Origin: Bacilli bacterium
Lineage (GTDB): Bacteria; Bacillota_I; Bacilli_A; RFN20; CAG-826
DNA length: 64,000 bases
Reading direction: 5' to 3'
Assembly: GCA_017502465.1 (NCBI GenBank)
Contig: JAFVUY010000130.1
Span: 44,940 to 108,939, forward strand
A program made the translations under genes and the position numbers. Shown one piece after another: positions 1 through 8,773 of this stretch (within the stretch, counting starts at the first letter, position 1; each line of letters starts with the position of its first letter). The notes under the pieces were generated by a model that saw nothing but the letters and a program-made list of their open reading frames with translations, was not told the origin of the DNA and did not search any database.

Positions 1-197
1 TCTAAATGGTATGTCTTTTCTAAATATTCTTTTAATGAGATAGCTTTGTTAACATCAACATTTTTATTGGTTATTAAATAGGATCTAACCGTGGAAATAG
101 AGCATTTTAAAATATCCGCAAGTTTTTCATAACTGAAGTTATATTTTTCCCTTATGCTTCTTAAAACATCATTAAACCTTAGTAACACTATTTTCAT
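1..197 (-). CDS. XRE/Cro-type helix-turn-helix regulator, 3' part cut by window edge
   Basis: The complement ATG at 195-197 opens a frame that runs off position 1. The translation MKIVLLRFNDVLRSIREKYNFSYEKLADILKCSISTVRSYLITNKNV... has the typical HTH pattern (xxLAxxLxxSxxTVxxY). This ORF is not in the supplied track because it is partial. Confidence 0.4.
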   Translation of the reverse strand, partial: MKIVLLRFNDVLRSIREKYNFSYEKLADILKCSISTVRSYLITNKNVDVNKAISLKEYLEKTYHL

Positions 198-298
198 GTT
201 TATATTATAGTCCTTTTTCAAGAAAACTAACATATAAAACACAATATTTCCTGAAGTTTTAAATCCGTTAAATAATTATATCTATAAAATAGATATTC

Positions 299-1027
299 TT
301 AGTGTCCTTTTTCGGAAAAAGTAACATCTACGGCCTTAATAGCGATTTTTCTTTCTTGTTCAGTGATTGGCTCATCAAATCTATCAAATGAATTATTAGT
401 AATTGCTAATCCTGTCAGGGCTTTAAACCATGCGAGAGCGAGAATATATCTGCCAACACCCAAAGAAGCGTGAAAACCATCTCTATGGACTTTTATTCCT
501 TCTTTAGATGCTAAAAGCATCGCTTCTCCACAAGGAATAATCTTATAACCTCTAATTACCTCTACCGCGGATAAATATGCTTCTTTGATTTTATAAAACA
601 TTTCTTCATCACTTTTAAAACCAAGATTATGGAGTAAATCACTATTATTTTCATAAGCCCATGTTTGATGAATATATACTTTTGCCCTTGGACAAAGATT
701 TCTTATTGTTTTAGCGATTGATTCTAAAAAAGGTGTGTAAGTTTTAAAATCAGCGCTTTTAAAACTTGCTTGTTGAAGAGTAACAACATCCCAATCATCG
801 CTTAAAAGAGCTTCATTAATAGAAAAATATTTTTGAGTTTCATAACCATTTTGAAAACCAAGATAATTTTTAGAATCATTAATTAGATTTTCAAAATGCA
901 TTTCCAAAGAACAACCACCGATATATAAATTAGTGGTTTCTATTTCTACACCTTCTTCTTTTGCTAATTCGTATAGATATCTGTGTGCATCACATGAGAA
1001 ACTATTTCCGATAGATAAAACTTTCAT
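299..1027 (-). CDS. SGNH-fold esterase, DUF4886-like
   Basis: 242 aa. The N-terminal block VLSIGNSFS is the GNSFS variant of the GDS nucleophile block. The C-terminal RDGFHAS is a DxxH-type block V. Confidence 0.65.
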   Translation of the reverse strand: MKVLSIGNSFSCDAHRYLYELAKEEGVEIETTNLYIGGCSLEMHFENLINDSKNYLGFQNGYETQKYFSINEALLSDDWDVVTLQQASFKSADFKTYTPFLESIAKTIRNLCPRAKVYIHQTWAYENNSDLLHNLGFKSDEEMFYKIKEAYLSAVEVIRGYKIIPCGEAMLLASKEGIKVHRDGFHASLGVGRYILALAWFKALTGLAITNNSFDRFDEPITEQERKIAIKAVDVTFSEKGH

Positions 1028-1117
1028 AACTCTAGTATATTCTTATTATTTGAATATATTAAATAAATCAATTGTAAATATTTAATAAATATCCCTCTTG
1101 AATAGAACCTTTCTTTC

Positions 1118-1321
1118 TTATGTGCGTTTAACCCTGATTACTTCTATTGTCCCACCTAATATACGTAGAACATCTAAGATTTTATCCATCTTTAGTGTCT
1201 TCTTCCCTTGTTCTAATTCAACAATAAATTTTGTAGAGACTCCTGCATACATCGCAAGTCTTGCTTGAGTCAACCCAAGCATTTTACGATTTTCTTTAAC
1301 AAATTTAACAATATTTTCCAT
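1118..1321 (-). CDS. HipB/y4mF-type XRE helix-turn-helix regulator (67 aa)
   Basis: LGLTQARLAMYAGVSTKFIVELEQGKKTLKMDKILDVLRILGGTIEV matches the short couple_hipB-type HTH proteins as I remember them. No HipA-like kinase gene is adjacent. Confidence 0.7.
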   Translation of the reverse strand: MENIVKFVKENRKMLGLTQARLAMYAGVSTKFIVELEQGKKTLKMDKILDVLRILGGTIEVIRVKRT

Positions 1322-1325
1322 ACTT

Positions 1326-1399
1326 TTATCACCGTTCGGTTATATTTTGGCATGTTTTATAGAAAAAACAACGTTTTTATTACCGTTCGGTTATATTTT
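1326..1399. promoter_or_regulatory. Two 23-nt direct repeats (candidate operators) upstream of the HipB-like gene
   Basis: ttat[c/t]accgttcggttatatttt occurs at 1326-1348 and 1377-1399 (22/23 identical, 51-bp period). Each copy contains the small inverted repeat ACCG-tt-CGGT. The repeats sit 5-78 nt upstream of the start codon at 1321. Confidence 0.4.
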
Positions 1400-1529
1400 C
1401 ACCACTTTTTATTAGAAAAACATTTAAGAAAGATAAATAATTTAAGTTTTTATCAAAAGTTAGATTAATTAAAGCGAAACATAAACTGTATCTTTTTTTA
1501 TTTTAAAAAATAAAATAGAATAAAAACGT

Positions 1530-1907
1530 ATGAAAATTTTAAAACAGTTGTTAATAATTATTGGGTTTTCCTTAATTGGATCGTTAATATCTTACCTGCT
1601 TAGATTAATGAAGATAAATTTTCCCGGTTCTCTTATTGGGATGATACTTCTATTTATCTTCTTAATAATAGGCATAGTCAAAGAACATTCAATCAAAGAT
1701 GTCGCAACATTTTTCATAGATAATATGGGTATATTCTTTGTTCCAGGAGCAGTTGCTATTTTAAATAAACTGGAACTAATTAATGAAATATGGTGGAAGC
1801 TTGCAATTGTTATTTTAGTAGGTTTTCTAGTTTCGTTTATAGCAACATTTTTCTCTGTAAAATTAACTTTATATTTACAAGAAAAAAGGAGGAGAAAAAA
1901 TGATTAA
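1530..1907 (+). CDS. lrgA: CidA/LrgA-family holin-like membrane protein
   Basis: 125 aa with four hydrophobic segments. It overlaps the following LrgB-type gene by 8 nt, which is the classic lrgAB pairing. Confidence 0.8.
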   Translation: MKILKQLLIIIGFSLIGSLISYLLRLMKINFPGSLIGMILLFIFLIIGIVKEHSIKDVATFFIDNMGIFFVPGAVAILNKLELINEIWWKLAIVILVGFLVSFIATFFSVKLTLYLQEKRRRKND

Positions 1908-2631
1908 TATTCTTTCTAATCCTTTAATGTATTTAGGATTAACCGTTTTGTTTTATTTTGTTTTTGGTTTACTCCAAAAGAGATTTAAAACACCTTTATT
2001 TAATCCTTTGTTGTGGTCTATTATTTTTGTTATTGCCTATATATTATTTATTGTTTTTATTTCCAAAGGTAATATTAACGAAGAAAATATTGCTTTAGAG
2101 TATGAGAAATATGCTTCTTCTACGATGATATTTGATATTATGCTCGCCCCTGTCACGGTAGCTTTAGCTCTTCCTTTATATTTAAATAGAAACATCTTAA
2201 AAGAAAATTGGTTAGCAATATTAGTTGCTACAATTGTTGGAACAACTTCTTCTATTCTTACAGTAATTGGTTTGTCCCATATTTTGGGATTATCTAATGA
2301 TGTTATACTAGCCCTATATCCTAGAGGAGTTACTACCGCGATAGCAAAGGAAATAGGAGCGATTCTTGGAGTTAGTGAATATGAATCAATTACAGTTATT
2401 GTTGTCTGTTTAACTGGTGTTGTTGGTGCTGTTATTGGTCCATTATTAATTAAACTATTTGGTAAAAAAGATGATGTCGTGATTGGCTTATCTTTAGGAA
2501 GCGCCTCTCACGCGATTGGCACATCAAAATCGTTTGATTATTCTCAAAAAGCCGGCGCGATTGCGACAGTTTCAATTATCACAAACGGGTTATTGACTTT
2601 AATTATTTCTTTGATAATATCTTTAATTTAA
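1900..2631 (+). CDS. lrgB: LrgB/CidB-family membrane protein
   Basis: 243 aa polytopic membrane protein. It has the LrgB-like blocks RGVTTAIAKEIG and GSASHAIGTSK and is translationally coupled to lrgA. Confidence 0.8.
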   Translation: MINILSNPLMYLGLTVLFYFVFGLLQKRFKTPLFNPLLWSIIFVIAYILFIVFISKGNINEENIALEYEKYASSTMIFDIMLAPVTVALALPLYLNRNILKENWLAILVATIVGTTSSILTVIGLSHILGLSNDVILALYPRGVTTAIAKEIGAILGVSEYESITVIVVCLTGVVGAVIGPLLIKLFGKKDDVVIGLSLGSASHAIGTSKSFDYSQKAGAIATVSIITNGLLTLIISLIISLI

Positions 2632-2640
2632 TTAATTAAA

Positions 2641-4659
2641 TTAAAAATTATAGTCGAGTCTTGCTAGGATATGGTTTTGATATTTTGAATCTAATTCAAC
2701 AAAATATCCACTCCAACCCCAAACTCTAACAATAAGATTAGGATAATTTTCTGGATGTTTTTGAGCGTCCAATAAAGTTTCTTTGTTAATCGCATTTAAT
2801 TGGATTTGGTGGCCACCTAAACCAATAAACGTTTTAACTAACATCGCAACCTTTTTAATACCTTCATCATTTCTAAAAACAGTGTTATGAAGTTCGATTG
2901 TAAATGGGCCTCCGTTAGCAATGTTAGACAAATCATATTTAGTAAATGATTGAATCGCACTTAATAATCCTTGAGTTTTGACATGTAAGGAAGGGGAGAA
3001 GGATGAACTAAATGGATCTTTTGCTTTTCTGCCATCCGCAGTTGCCCCTACTTTCTCCGCGCTTAAAATGTATTCCATCGCGCTGCCGGTGCCTGCTCTA
3101 TAAACACCACCACGTGAATTTTTTCTTCCATTTAAATTAGAAGCAAATGTATCCATAACAAATGATGCAATATCATCTACGTAATCATCGTTATTGCCCA
3201 TCTTAGGAGCGTTAGCGAGTTCGTACCTTAATTGTTCATAGCCATCAAAATCAGAATGTAACGCGTCTAATAATGTTTCTTTTGAAACACTCTTTTCATC
3301 AAAGACTTTTAATTTAATCGCCGCTAATGCGTCTGATGCATTCGCGATACCTGCTCCATGAATTCCATCATTCGCATATTTAGAACCACCATAAAAGTGG
3401 TCTAAACCTCTTTCAATACATGGATTAATAAACATAGACATTAATGGTTCAGGCATATATTTCATATTGTTTCTATGTTCCACTAATGAATCTATTTCTC
3501 TAATTAATTCATCTTTAAAGTGGTCTTTAAATTCTTCAAACGTTTCAGAAGATAATAAATATTTATCTGTGGTTCTTTCGACAATTAATGGGAAATTCAT
3601 TGTTTCAGCGTTTGGTAAATCGCTAGCTAAACCAGAAGTAATTACTTCCCAGCACGCTGCCACACCATAATTAACTGCATCTTCATAGTCGTAACCAAGT
3701 TTTACCATAAACGGTATAACAACATCATCATTAGAATATTGAGGGAATCCTAAACCTTGTTTAGTTAATCTAGTAGCCCTTTCATAGAACTCTAATGGGG
3801 TGTTTTTATTAACTCTCAAATTGATTTTTGGATCAATTAATTTAAGTTCTTCAGAGGCAAATAAACAAATCTCAGTTAGATCAGAGAATACATCATTACC
3901 GTCTTTATCAATTCCACCTAACACCATTGATTGTCCATTGTCGCCTTTTTGAACACCATCATATAAATCTGTGTCGATATTCATTGAAATAAAGAACAAT
4001 TCTGTTAATTCAATTAATTCATCGCGTGAGATGCCTGCTTTAACTGACATATCAAAATAAGGTTTCATATAGACATCAAATCTACCTAATGTAATATGTT
4101 GGATTCTTGCTAAGCGAAGAATAAAAGATAAAAATCTAACGCAAATAAGAGCTTCATAATAATTTGTCGCGCCATTCATAGGAACATTTTCTAAAGCACT
4201 ATATAATTTAATATTATTTTCTTTTTTAGCTAGTTCTTTATATTTATTAACAATGTTTTCACATGACTTTAAACATAATTTCATGCAGTCATATAGTTCA
4301 GATGAGTCTTTATTAATCTCATAATATTTATCGATTTTATTTAAATAACCGTTGATACCGCCTTCTAAGAAAGTCGCATAATCAATAATCATATTTCCTG
4401 AAAATCTAATCGCTCCAGGAATCTTATCAACATGTTCGTCATGTGGGAGTTCTGTGTGATATCTATTAAAACCAAAAATATCATCTCCAAATAATAATGG
4501 AACCTCTCTATCACACGCTAGAGTGAAGAGTTTTGTGGTTTCCATCATAGGTGAGGCGTCTTTTAAAATATCAGTCACATCATATGGAACATTGACACGA
4601 TATTTGTGATAAGCCTTGGAATTAATATAATCTAGTCTATTCTTTACTCTTTCATTCAT
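2641..4659 (-). CDS. Glycyl radical enzyme, PFL-like superfamily, short form, unknown substrate
   Basis: 672 aa. The C-terminal glycyl-radical motif is NLIVRVWGWSGYFVEL (Gly648, nt 2716-2718), followed by a PFL-type tail. The Cys loop is GVAACWEV (Cys336-x-Glu338, nt 3652-3654 for Cys) and the conserved block MGNNDDYVDD is present. A GGAGG RBS lies 8 nt upstream of the ATG at 4659. Confidence 0.85.
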   Translation of the reverse strand: MNERVKNRLDYINSKAYHKYRVNVPYDVTDILKDASPMMETTKLFTLACDREVPLLFGDDIFGFNRYHTELPHDEHVDKIPGAIRFSGNMIIDYATFLEGGINGYLNKIDKYYEINKDSSELYDCMKLCLKSCENIVNKYKELAKKENNIKLYSALENVPMNGATNYYEALICVRFLSFILRLARIQHITLGRFDVYMKPYFDMSVKAGISRDELIELTELFFISMNIDTDLYDGVQKGDNGQSMVLGGIDKDGNDVFSDLTEICLFASEELKLIDPKINLRVNKNTPLEFYERATRLTKQGLGFPQYSNDDVVIPFMVKLGYDYEDAVNYGVAACWEVITSGLASDLPNAETMNFPLIVERTTDKYLLSSETFEEFKDHFKDELIREIDSLVEHRNNMKYMPEPLMSMFINPCIERGLDHFYGGSKYANDGIHGAGIANASDALAAIKLKVFDEKSVSKETLLDALHSDFDGYEQLRYELANAPKMGNNDDYVDDIASFVMDTFASNLNGRKNSRGGVYRAGTGSAMEYILSAEKVGATADGRKAKDPFSSSFSPSLHVKTQGLLSAIQSFTKYDLSNIANGGPFTIELHNTVFRNDEGIKKVAMLVKTFIGLGGHQIQLNAINKETLLDAQKHPENYPNLIVRVWGWSGYFVELDSKYQNHILARLDYNF

Positions 4660-4671
4660 AATATTAGCCTC

Positions 4672-6132
4672 CTACATAATCTTAACATTTATGTTAAATT
4701 TAGAGAAAATCGATGCATAATTATTTTCTTCTACTTGTTTATATTTTTCATCAAAGTCATAGTCCTCTAATAACCAAGAATATTTGCTACCGCTATATTT
4801 GTTATATGGGAGTAGTTCAATATTCTTAACCCCTAATGAATTCATCTTTCTAGCGATTGCTTCTAAATTATTAAAATTATCTATCACTACCGGAATTAAT
4901 GGGGTTCGGGTAATAAATTCAACATTAGAGTCCACTAATGTAGAATAGTTTTCTAATATCCATTCATTAGATACTCCACAGTATTTAATATGGTTAGAGT
5001 TATCTATAATTTTTAAATCGAATAAAACGTAATCTACATATTGAAGAAGTTCTTTAAAAGCTTCGGGTTTAAGATAGCCACATGTTTGTAAAGCGACATG
5101 AACTTTACCTTTTAATCTTTTACAAACTTCTATTAAGAATGAATATTGTAAGGTTGGTTCTCCTCCAGAAAAGGTTACTCCGCCGTTATTCATTTTATAT
5201 ATCTCTTGGTTTTTCAAAATTAAATTAACTAATTCATCCACACTGTAATCATCGCCACATAATTTAATTAAATTTCTAGGACAAGCTTCTTGGCTTTCTT
5301 TAGTTAAAACATATTTATCATTAACCTTAATTGCCTTATCTAAACATTTGTTACATTTTAAACATCCGTTTGGAGATCTAATATATTGCTTTTGAAAGAC
5401 TTTCCCTTCTGGATTATGACACCACTTACAAGAAAGTGGACAGCCTTTTAAAAAGAAAGTGCTTCTAATACCAGGACCGTCATATATTGAAAATTCTTCA
5501 ATAGAAAATATTCTACCTTTTGGAGTATTTGATATACTTAATTCCTTTAAAATTAATTCGGACATTTTCTTATGACCAAAGTAATTTAAATGCATACCAT
5601 CTTCGATAAAACAATTTTCTTTTTCTTGAAAATAATCAATATTTGCAGCGTTATCAATTATTTTAACCCCTAATTTAGATGCGCTTTCACGTAGTAAAGA
5701 ATTAAAATAATTGATCCTATTTCTAATAGAATAATATAAAGGCGAAATAACAGTAGTTAAGACATATATACTTGCATCAGGGAATATACCTCTTAACTTT
5801 TTTAAAAAACAAAGATAATCACTATAAACCTCTTCCGCTTTCGTGTCTTCTTCGTGATGAATATCATTAAAACCAAGATTAACGACAATCTTCTTGAACT
5901 TAGGAAAATAAGTTATTTCATCTAACAAATATAACCAGTCTTTAAATTTTGTAGAACCAACTCCGATATTTAAAGCCTTATGCTTTTCAAACAAAATAAA
6001 AAAGGAATAATCCATATACATTGGAGATTGTCTCAAAAGTTGAAAATATGAATCTCCTATAAATAAAATATCTGGATTAGTTATATCTTTTAAATCTTCG
6101 ATTTCTTCTTTGACTAAATTAAATTTTTTCAT
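4672..6132 (-). CDS. Fusion protein: N-terminal SGNH/GDSL hydrolase domain + C-terminal glycyl-radical-enzyme activating enzyme (radical SAM)
   Basis: The N-terminal ~200 aa carry all the SGNH blocks: FIGDSY (block I), NIGVGS (II), NLGFNDI (III) and EDGMHLN (V). The C-terminal part has the PflA-type DGPGIRSTFFLKGCPLSCKWCHNPEG CxxxCxxC cluster plus the extra Cys-rich insert CLKCNKCLDKA...ACPRN. The track ORF begins with TTG at 6138; the first ATG is at 6132, 3 nt after the GH43 stop. Confidence 0.85.
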   Translation of the reverse strand: MKKFNLVKEEIEDLKDITNPDILFIGDSYFQLLRQSPMYMDYSFFILFEKHKALNIGVGSTKFKDWLYLLDEITYFPKFKKIVVNLGFNDIHHEEDTKAEEVYSDYLCFLKKLRGIFPDASIYVLTTVISPLYYSIRNRINYFNSLLRESASKLGVKIIDNAANIDYFQEKENCFIEDGMHLNYFGHKKMSELILKELSISNTPKGRIFSIEEFSIYDGPGIRSTFFLKGCPLSCKWCHNPEGKVFQKQYIRSPNGCLKCNKCLDKAIKVNDKYVLTKESQEACPRNLIKLCGDDYSVDELVNLILKNQEIYKMNNGGVTFSGGEPTLQYSFLIEVCKRLKGKVHVALQTCGYLKPEAFKELLQYVDYVLFDLKIIDNSNHIKYCGVSNEWILENYSTLVDSNVEFITRTPLIPVVIDNFNNLEAIARKMNSLGVKNIELLPYNKYSGSKYSWLLEDYDFDEKYKQVEENNYASIFSKFNINVKIM

Positions 6133-6134
6133 AA

Positions 6135-6968
6135 TCAAAAATCAAATTTTTCTATGATTAATCTTTCTTTTCCTCTTGGAGAGTTTGGTTTATGACTAAC
6201 TAAACATCTCACATTATTAATATCGATTAACATTCCATGTCCGCGGTCGTCGGAAAACCTTGTGACGTCTTCTTGCTCCCAACCTTTAAAGAGGTTATCG
6301 CTAGTAGCGACCGCAAGAGAATAAGACATATCTTTATCAAATGAAGACCAAATCATTTTATATTTATTGTCTTCTTTAATAACAAATGGTCCATCAGTGA
6401 CAAAACCACCTCTATCATTTTCTCCAACCCATTTTGCATCGGTAGCGTTAAAGATTTTAATAGGTTCGCCTACTCTATGAGTGAGGTCGAGTGATAATTC
6501 TACAACTTTCATTCCTCCATCATGAACTTGTAGCCATTCATGACAGTAAATTAAATATGGAACTCCATTATCAACGAACAAAGTGCCATCTAAGGCTACT
6601 TCATCGCTTGGAGTGATGCTTTCTCCAGTTAAAGGTTTATAAGGACCTAAGATGGTCTTAGAAACAAAAATATAAGTCCCTCTGTTCTTGCCTTCTAATC
6701 TAATAGTCCCGAATAAATAATATTGGTCGTTATATTTATGAATTTCAGGCGCCCAATATTCAAATGAATCCCATTCATCAAAAAGGACATAAGGTCCATA
6801 GAAGTTTTCTAAATCATCGCTTGTATAGCAAAGAAAAGCATCTTGGTCATCAAAGTTTGGAGATAATCTATCTCCTTTGCCTCGAGAACCAGTTAAATAA
6901 TATTTACCATTTTCCTCTATGATAAAAGGATCTCTAATGCATAGTTCGTCTTTACGGTAGTTTCTCAT
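6135..6968 (-). CDS. GH43-like five-bladed beta-propeller glycosidase (cytoplasmic)
   Basis: 277 aa with no signal peptide. It has the GH43-like blocks IRDPFII (catalytic base Asp), YWAPEI and LDGTLFVD. At the usual EGP general-acid position it reads TDGPFV. Confidence 0.65.
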   Translation of the reverse strand: MRNYRKDELCIRDPFIIEENGKYYLTGSRGKGDRLSPNFDDQDAFLCYTSDDLENFYGPYVLFDEWDSFEYWAPEIHKYNDQYYLFGTIRLEGKNRGTYIFVSKTILGPYKPLTGESITPSDEVALDGTLFVDNGVPYLIYCHEWLQVHDGGMKVVELSLDLTHRVGEPIKIFNATDAKWVGENDRGGFVTDGPFVIKEDNKYKMIWSSFDKDMSYSLAVATSDNLFKGWEQEDVTRFSDDRGHGMLIDINNVRCLVSHKPNSPRGKERLIIEKFDF

Positions 6969-6979
6969 AATACTCCTAA

Positions 6980-8272
6980 TTAATTTTCTAAAGACTCTTC
7001 GCTTTCTTTGTCAAAGAGATAGATATAATCATTTTCAAATGAGAAGCTAATTTCTCCTCCTGAAGCGATTTGGGATAGAAGTTCTCCATCTAATCCAATT
7101 AATGGAACTTTAACCGCTAATTTGGTGTCATTTACATTCAAATGTAAATGATATTCAGTGCCCATCATTTCAGACACTAAAATATTGCCTTTAAATGTTT
7201 CTTTATCTTCTAAACCTAATTTGAAATGGTCTGGTCTAATACCAACATATACTTCTTTTTCTTCTGAAATATTTTTCTCTTTTAGTTTAGAAGAAAGGCG
7301 AGAATTTAATTTAACATCTACTCCAAAAACGTTAACGAAATAATGTCCATCTTTAATAATTAATTTTCCATCAAGGAAGTTCATTTGAGGTGTTCCAATG
7401 AAGCTTGCGACAAATTTGTTTTTTGGAGAATTAAATACTTCTGTAGGCGTTCCAACTTGTTGAACCACTCCGTCTTTCATAACGACAATGCGGTCACCTA
7501 ATGTCATAGCCTCAACTTGGTCATGGGTAACATAGATAAATGTTGTATTAATCTTTTTACGTAATAAAATTAACTCCGCGCGCATTTGGTTTCTAAGTTT
7601 TGCGTCTAAGTTAGATAATGGTTCGTCCATTAAGAAGACTTTTGGTTTTCTAACAATCGCTCTTCCAATCGCGACACGTTGTCTTTGACCACCTGAAAGA
7701 TTTTTTGGTTTTCTTTCTAGGTAATCTTCAATTTCAAGGATCGATGCGGCTTCCATAACTTTATCGTCAATTTCTTGGCGGGTATGTTTACGATATTTAA
7801 TAACTTCAACTTTATTTTGTTTCAAATAAGAAATTTCTTCTTGTAATTGTTTGATTTTTTCTTGGTTTTCAGGTTCGTTTTTAATTGTTAATTTAAGTTC
7901 TTTTGTTAAACTTCTAATCTTTTTTCTGTCGATAGCGAAAGCGGTGTATGGAATTTTCTTTAATTTAAGACCAAACGCCATATTATCGTAGACTGTCATA
8001 TGTGGATATAAAGCGTAGTTTTGGAAAACCATCGCGATATCTCTATCTTTTGGTTCTATATCATTAACTAATCTAGATTCAATATAAACTTCTCCACTAG
8101 AGATTTCTTCAAGACCCGCGACCATTCTTAAAGTTGTGGATTTACCACATCCAGAAGGCCCAACAAAAACCACGAATTCCTTATCTTTAATTTCCAAGTT
8201 GAAATCAATAACTGTAGGTTCGCTATTACCTGGATAGTATTTGTAAACATTTTTTAAAATTACGTCCGCCAT
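6980..8272 (-). CDS. Sugar ABC transporter ATP-binding protein (MalK/MsmK/UgpC type) with internal insertion
   Basis: Walker A is GPSGCGKST, the Q-loop is [12 protein letters not shown], the signature is LSGGQRQR and Walker B is [14 protein letters not shown]-terminal regulatory (TOBE-like) domain is present. About 58 extra residues lie between the Q-loop region and the signature motif. Confidence 0.9.
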   Translation of the reverse strand: MADVILKNVYKYYPGNSEPTVIDFNLEIKDKEFVVFVGPSGCGKSTTLRMVAGLEEISSGEVYIESRLVNDIEPKDRDIAMVFQNYALYPHMTVYDNMAFGLKLKKIPYTAFAIDRKKIRSLTKELKLTIKNEPENQEKIKQLQEEISYLKQNKVEVIKYRKHTRQEIDDKVMEAASILEIEDYLERKPKNLSGGQRQRVAIGRAIVRKPKVFLMDEPLSNLDAKLRNQMRAELILLRKKINTTFIYVTHDQVEAMTLGDRIVVMKDGVVQQVGTPTEVFNSPKNKFVASFIGTPQMNFLDGKLIIKDGHYFVNVFGVDVKLNSRLSSKLKEKNISEEKEVYVGIRPDHFKLGLEDKETFKGNILVSEMMGTEYHLHLNVNDTKLAVKVPLIGLDGELLSQIASGGEISFSFENDYIYLFDKESEESLEN

Positions 8273-8276
8273 AAGG

Positions 8277-8771
8277 TTAACTCCTTTTTTTCAGTATCCT
8301 TAATTCTTTTTTAGATAAATAAATATAAACAAATGGCATTGGGAGAACAAGTGCCACAAGTAATGTAATAAGTTTTGTGTGTTCTAATTGAAATCTTAAG
8401 AAAAGTTTCAAAGTAGAACTAATAAGTGAGACATAGAAAATCAAACCACAGATAGAAATAACTAAAATCATAATTTCCCAAAGTGGTCCAATCGATTCTA
8501 TTGGGAGATAAATATTTCCCCAAAAGCCATATAGACACGCAAGTGTGACAACAACAGTTAAAACAATAACTGTTCCGGTGTATTTTCTAACAGGAATGGT
8601 AAATACAGAAAATGTTCCACCGACTTTATTAATTAATTGAAAGGCATAGAAGGGCAAAAATGCCTTCCATGCCTTTTCATAGCCTAATTTTTTTAATACA
8701 AAATACGCGCCTATTGAATAATAGTACGAAAATCCTAATATTCCTAAGAAAACAAATAATGTATTAATCAT
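8277..8771 (-). CDS. Small polytopic membrane protein, unknown function
   Basis: 164 aa with four to five hydrophobic helices. It is wedged between the SBP and ATPase genes with 2-4 nt gaps. I recognise no motif. Confidence 0.5.
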   Translation of the reverse strand: MINTLFVFLGILGFSYYYSIGAYFVLKKLGYEKAWKAFLPFYAFQLINKVGGTFSVFTIPVRKYTGTVIVLTVVVTLACLYGFWGNIYLPIESIGPLWEIMILVISICGLIFYVSLISSTLKLFLRFQLEHTKLITLLVALVLPMPFVYIYLSKKELRILKKRS

Positions 8772-8773
8772 AA

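Noticed and set aside
1265-1468. A 67-aa plus-strand ORF across the HipB-like promoter region
   Set aside because: It overlaps the HTH gene start and runs through the two direct repeats. Its Phe/Ile/Asn-rich product reflects AT-rich non-coding DNA, and it has no RBS.
2641-4659. Calling the GRE a pyruvate formate-lyase or the fucose-pathway 1,2-propanediol dehydratase
   Set aside because: It has a Cys-x-Glu loop rather than the Cys-Cys loop of PFL, which argues against PFL. It is ~170 aa shorter than PD dehydratases as I recall them. The locus also lacks fucK/fucA, lactaldehyde reductase, propionaldehyde dehydrogenase and microcompartment genes. I therefore left the substrate unassigned.
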